The notes under the pieces: generated by a model | What the model was told of the DNA's origin: nothing | The model's database searches: none | Seen by the model: the letters and a program-made list of their open reading frames with translations, nothing else | In this document: piece after piece, positions 60,369 through 64,000 of the stretch | How positions within the stretch are numbered: the stretch's first letter is position 1 | Layout: every line of letters starts with the position of its first letter | NCBI GenBank assembly: GCA_040879145.1 | Contig: JBBDKX010000021.1 | Location: 29,256-93,255, forward strand | Origin: Candidatus Spechtbacterales bacterium | GTDB lineage: Bacteria > Patescibacteriota > Minisyncoccia > Spechtbacterales > 2-12-FULL-38-22 | DNA: 64,000 bases | Direction of reading: 5' to 3' | Program-made: the position numbers and the translations under genes

Positions 60369-60567
60369 GTTTATTATTATTATTCTTTTTCTTTATCACG
60401 ATTTTCAAACTCGCGATAAATACCCGCGAACGCAAACCACAGCGAAGTTAAAAAAATTACAAGTGCGAATAAAATAATTAACTTGTACATATCTTTATTC
60501 TATCATGTGTAGGTGTTTTTACAGAAAAAAATGGCGCAAAATTGCGCCATTTTAATAAAAGAACTAT

Positions 60568-60813
60568 TTATTCCTGTCCCCCAAAATGGTCAAGCCATTT
60601 TTTCTCTTCCGGATGGAGGACATAACAACCAAGATCTCTGTCATAGACTGTCACAACGTTCACAACAGGCTTAATGCCTACCCCCAAAAACTCTTCTGCC
60701 TGAACCCTTGAAAATCCATCCTCAAGCATTCTCGCTACTTTTTTAGCATGCCGCGCGCGCTTTATTTTCTCTTCCTCCGCTTTGACAAGCTGGAGTCTGA
60801 ATTCGTCCGACAT
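60568..60813 (-). CDS. Hypothetical protein
   Basis: GGAGG SD and TGnTATAAT promoter. Confidence 0.6.
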   Translation of the reverse strand: MSDEFRLQLVKAEEEKIKRARHAKKVARMLEDGFSRVQAEEFLGVGIKPVVNVVTVYDRDLGCYVLHPEEKKWLDHFGGQE

Positions 60814-60892
60814 TTACAACCTCCGTATAAGGAACGTAGCGATTATAACATTGTAATTACTGAAAAGAAATACTTACTGTTATAAAAAACAA

Positions 60893-61786
60893 TCAACTGT
60901 TTATCCAAAAATTCCATATATCTCGGGTAACTTCAGGGACCCTGTAATCAAAATCCCACACTCTCCTCTCTGGCCACGAGTGCTCCTGTCCAAAATACAT
61001 GCGGAACAAAACTTTAACCTCATCATTATTTGCATATGTCTTTTCTTTGTACATATCTGTCTCTTTTTCTCCCACCAACTCCGCTTTGTAATGTTCCTGC
61101 CACGCCAAAAGTGTTTCCTCAGCGGAAATAAAATTAAAACCATCTATTGGTGTGTCACTCTTGTTTATTCTTATATATTTATCCATGTCTCCCTGTACAA
61201 GCATTATCGGCGCGCGCGCGTCCGAAATATCCAGTACACCTCCATCTGCTCCAACACCACTCATTAAAGAAGCGCCGGCTCTAAATATGTCCGGAGATTC
61301 GACAAGAAGTTTTTGTGCCAAAAGCCCTCCATTAGAAAACCCTGCTACATAAACTTTTGAATTATCTATTTTATATTTTTGTTTCGCATCCTCTACTACT
61401 TTTAAGATAAAACCCACATCATCTACATTGTTCTGGAAACTATACCCACAACAAAACCCGCCATTCCATGACATTTTCAATCCTTCTGGCAAAAGAAGCG
61501 CAAAACCTTTTTCCTGAGCCAAAATATTAAAGCCTGAATAGGCGCTTATCCACTCTGACCGGTCTTTAAACCCATGTAAAAGCACAAGGAGCGGCTGCGA
61601 CGGACCATCTTCTCTCGCATTGAACACGCGGTATTTTCTAACAGTTCCATCTACTTCTATAGATGTTCGGCTCAACTTCACAACACTCCTGTCCACGGGT
61701 TTTAAAACAAAAAACCAGACATACAAAAGTCCTGCAACCAAAGCAAGTATTATCACCAAAACAAATACAGAAATAAATTTAACCAT
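60893..61786 (-). CDS. PHB-depolymerase/LpqC-like esterase
   Basis: LLHG, WNGGFCCG, DDVGF, GFSNGG, H-S-WP. Confidence 0.85.
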   Translation of the reverse strand: MVKFISVFVLVIILALVAGLLYVWFFVLKPVDRSVVKLSRTSIEVDGTVRKYRVFNAREDGPSQPLLVLLHGFKDRSEWISAYSGFNILAQEKGFALLLPEGLKMSWNGGFCCGYSFQNNVDDVGFILKVVEDAKQKYKIDNSKVYVAGFSNGGLLAQKLLVESPDIFRAGASLMSGVGADGGVLDISDARAPIMLVQGDMDKYIRINKSDTPIDGFNFISAEETLLAWQEHYKAELVGEKETDMYKEKTYANNDEVKVLFRMYFGQEHSWPERRVWDFDYRVPEVTRDIWNFWINS

Positions 61787-61818
61787 ATATCCTTAATGTT
61801 ACTATTTCAAAACTTACA

Positions 61819-62784
61819 CTATTCTAATAACTTTAAAAGCTCGTCTCTAAAATTTTTCACTTCCCCATCATCCAAAACAGATAATGCATAAACCTCATCT
61901 GAAAACTCTTTCATTTTTTTAATGTGTTTTTTAACTTCCTTATCATCCATGGCAAGATCAGTCTTTGTTATTAAAATTATCTCCCGCTTTTTTAAAAGAT
62001 TGGGGTCAAACTCTTCAAGTTCTTTTCTTACTGTTTTGTATGTAGCTTCCATATCACTATTCTCACACGATACAAGATGTACGAGTATCTTTGTACGTCT
62101 TATGTGGCGTAAAAATTTATGCCCAAGCCCTTTTCCTTGCGCGGCACCCTCTATAAGCCCGGGGATATCAGAAATTATGTATCCAAAACACTCGCCCAAA
62201 GCCGGCTCAAGCGTAGTAAAAGGATACGCGCCAACTTTTCCCGCGGCGCGCGTTAATTCATTAAGTAAGCTGGTTTTTCCCGCGTTTGGAAGCCCTATAA
62301 GCCCCACGTCTGCTATAAGTTCTACCTCTATATAAAACTCCCCCTCTTCACCAGATTTCCCTGTTGTAAACTTGTCAGGACTTCTATTTTTTGACGATTT
62401 AAAAGATTCATTCCCGCGTCCTCCCCTGCCGCCCTTTAATAGCAAAAACCTATCATCCTCTTTATCCAGTGAAATCTTTCCTCCGGTTTTGGTGTTTGTG
62501 ATACGCGACCCTACAGGCAAAAGAATATCCAAATCTTCCCCGTTAGCGCCTTCCAGGCTGTTTCTGTCACCGTCTTCTCCGCGCTCTGCCGCAAATTCTT
62601 TTTTTGTACGATATTTAGAAAGCAGGTGAACATCGCGAACGGCGTGTACATAAACATCTCCGCCTTTTCCACCATCTCCACCAGTGGGACCTCCATACTC
62701 GGTATTTTTATCATGCCTCCAACGCACAACACCATCTCCCCCGTCTCCGGCCTTTGCATAAATTGTTATCTCATCAACAAACAT
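61819..62784 (-). CDS. obgE: GTPase ObgE
   Basis: MFVDE, Gly-rich OBG fold, GLPNAGKT, YPFTTL, DIPGLIEGA, TKTD. Confidence 0.96.
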   Translation of the reverse strand: MFVDEITIYAKAGDGGDGVVRWRHDKNTEYGGPTGGDGGKGGDVYVHAVRDVHLLSKYRTKKEFAAERGEDGDRNSLEGANGEDLDILLPVGSRITNTKTGGKISLDKEDDRFLLLKGGRGGRGNESFKSSKNRSPDKFTTGKSGEEGEFYIEVELIADVGLIGLPNAGKTSLLNELTRAAGKVGAYPFTTLEPALGECFGYIISDIPGLIEGAAQGKGLGHKFLRHIRRTKILVHLVSCENSDMEATYKTVRKELEEFDPNLLKKREIILITKTDLAMDDKEVKKHIKKMKEFSDEVYALSVLDDGEVKNFRDELLKLLE

Positions 62785-62839
62785 ATACATTACAGTACCA
62801 TGTAAAGCAAAATAAAGAAAAACCAAACCTATCCCTGAG

Positions 62840-63400
62840 TTATTCTATGTTTTTGAGTTTTTCACTAAAGAGTTCTTTAATCTTTTCAATTTTTGGATTA
62901 ATAACAATACTACAATAAGGCGCGCTTGTGTTTTTGTTGTAATAATCCTGATGATAGCCCTCCGCGGGATAAAAATTCTTAAATGGCAGAACTTTTGTAA
63001 CTATTGGCTTATCATAAACACTCTCATCTTCAAGATTTTTTTTAGAACTTTCTGCCAAATCTTTTTGTTCATCATTGTGGTAAAGAATAACGGCCTCGTA
63101 CTGCGGGCCCATGTCACTCCCCTGCCCGCCTGCCTGAGTCGGATTATGCGAAGTCCAAAAGATTTCCAGCAAATCGTTATAGCTTACTTCATCCGGATTA
63201 TACTCTATTTGTATCGCCTCAAGATGTCCGGTGTCGCCTCTTGTTACCTGTTCATAGGTTGGGTTTTCTATATCTCCTCCCGAATAACCCGAAGTAACTG
63301 ACTCAACGCCTTTGAGCATACGAAATACGGCATCTTGGCACCAGAAACACCCCCCTGCAAATGTAGCTTTTTGTGAATTATTTTCCATTTTTTTAAACAA
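62840..63400 (-). CDS. msrA: Peptide-methionine (S)-S-oxide reductase
   Basis: GGCFWC, TGHLEA, AEGYHQDYY. Confidence 0.95.
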   Translation of the reverse strand: MFKKMENNSQKATFAGGCFWCQDAVFRMLKGVESVTSGYSGGDIENPTYEQVTRGDTGHLEAIQIEYNPDEVSYNDLLEIFWTSHNPTQAGGQGSDMGPQYEAVILYHNDEQKDLAESSKKNLEDESVYDKPIVTKVLPFKNFYPAEGYHQDYYNKNTSAPYCSIVINPKIEKIKELFSEKLKNIE

Positions 63401-63407
63401 TACTAAT

Positions 63408-63653
63408 CTACTTTCTGTTTATATCTTGCCAAAGCCATACTACAGCAAGAATGCCTACCACGAGCCATACAAGCCATGTAAGAAGTGCAAAAAATCCAAA
63501 GACTCCTCCTCCCATCATTCCTACTCCGTTACCCATATGCCAGTCCATCATGTGGAATGAACCTCCATCGCTGTAAGTATCCTCTGTGTGTGCCAATGTA
63601 AACATGGGAAATGCCAAAAAAAAGTTAGTTACAAAAATAAATGTTTTTTTCAT
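63408..63653 (-). CDS. Small His/Met-rich membrane protein
   Basis: Signal-like N-terminus, HMMDWHMG, TM. Confidence 0.6.
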   Translation of the reverse strand: MKKTFIFVTNFFLAFPMFTLAHTEDTYSDGGSFHMMDWHMGNGVGMMGGGVFGFFALLTWLVWLVVGILAVVWLWQDINRK

Positions 63654-63695
63654 GTTTTTTGGTTTTAATTATTAAACTTTTAATCTTTTCTTGCA

Positions 63696-64000
63696 CTATA
63701 AAACCGGGACACTTCCTTCAGGAAGTGTTTCTCTGCCTTCCGAATTCCAATCATGCAAGCCTCCCGTTAACTCATAAACATTAGTATAACCCATATCAGC
63801 CAGTTTCTGAGCCGCAATCTTGCTCATAGAACCCGAGCGGCAATATAAAACAACTTTTGTATTTTTATTCTCAACAACAGACACTATGCTGTCTGTGTCG
63901 TTATAAGAAATAAAATAATCCGTTCCCGGAACATGACGCTGTTCTGGTGTGTGTACATCTATAAAAACAAAATCTTTATCTTCCAGCATAACTTCCAATT
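63696..64000 (-). CDS. Rhodanese-like domain protein (5' part outside window)
   Basis: IDV, LYCRSGSMS, ELTGG. Confidence 0.8.
   Translation of the reverse strand, partial: LEVMLEDKDFVFIDVHTPEQRHVPGTDYFISYNDTDSIVSVVENKNTKVVLYCRSGSMSKIAAQKLADMGYTNVYELTGGLHDWNSEGRETLPEGSVPVL

Overview
AT-rich bacterial chromosome segment, genetic code 11. The gene repertoire and style suggest Patescibacteria/CPR, probably Parcubacteria (inference). Core genes are pilM-N-O-pilB, clpC, comF, recG, tsaD, def, fmt, obgE and msrA, plus a prkA-yeaH-spoVR cluster and an ion-transport cluster. Main findings: (1) a ~12.4 kb large-serine-recombinase island at the tRNA-Ser(UGA) 3' end (10337-22708) carries a type I R-M system and an internal, inverted, near-identical 520-bp copy of its own excision (attP-type) junction, giving the recombinase two possible C-termini. 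A recombinase-less one-gene scar of the same type lies at the neighbouring tRNA-Ser(GCU). (2) At two loci an intact tRNA sits inside an inverted-repeat-bounded insertion in the D-loop of another tRNA for the same amino acid (Arg at ~25.2 kb, Glu at ~39.7 kb). (3) Seven accessory genes share a promoter + boxA-like + strong SD leader, and two orphan genes have poly-G promoter spacers. (4) Palindromic and heptamer micro-insertions occur in frame in core genes. No rRNA or CRISPR array was seen. All product calls come from motif recognition by eye, not from database searches.
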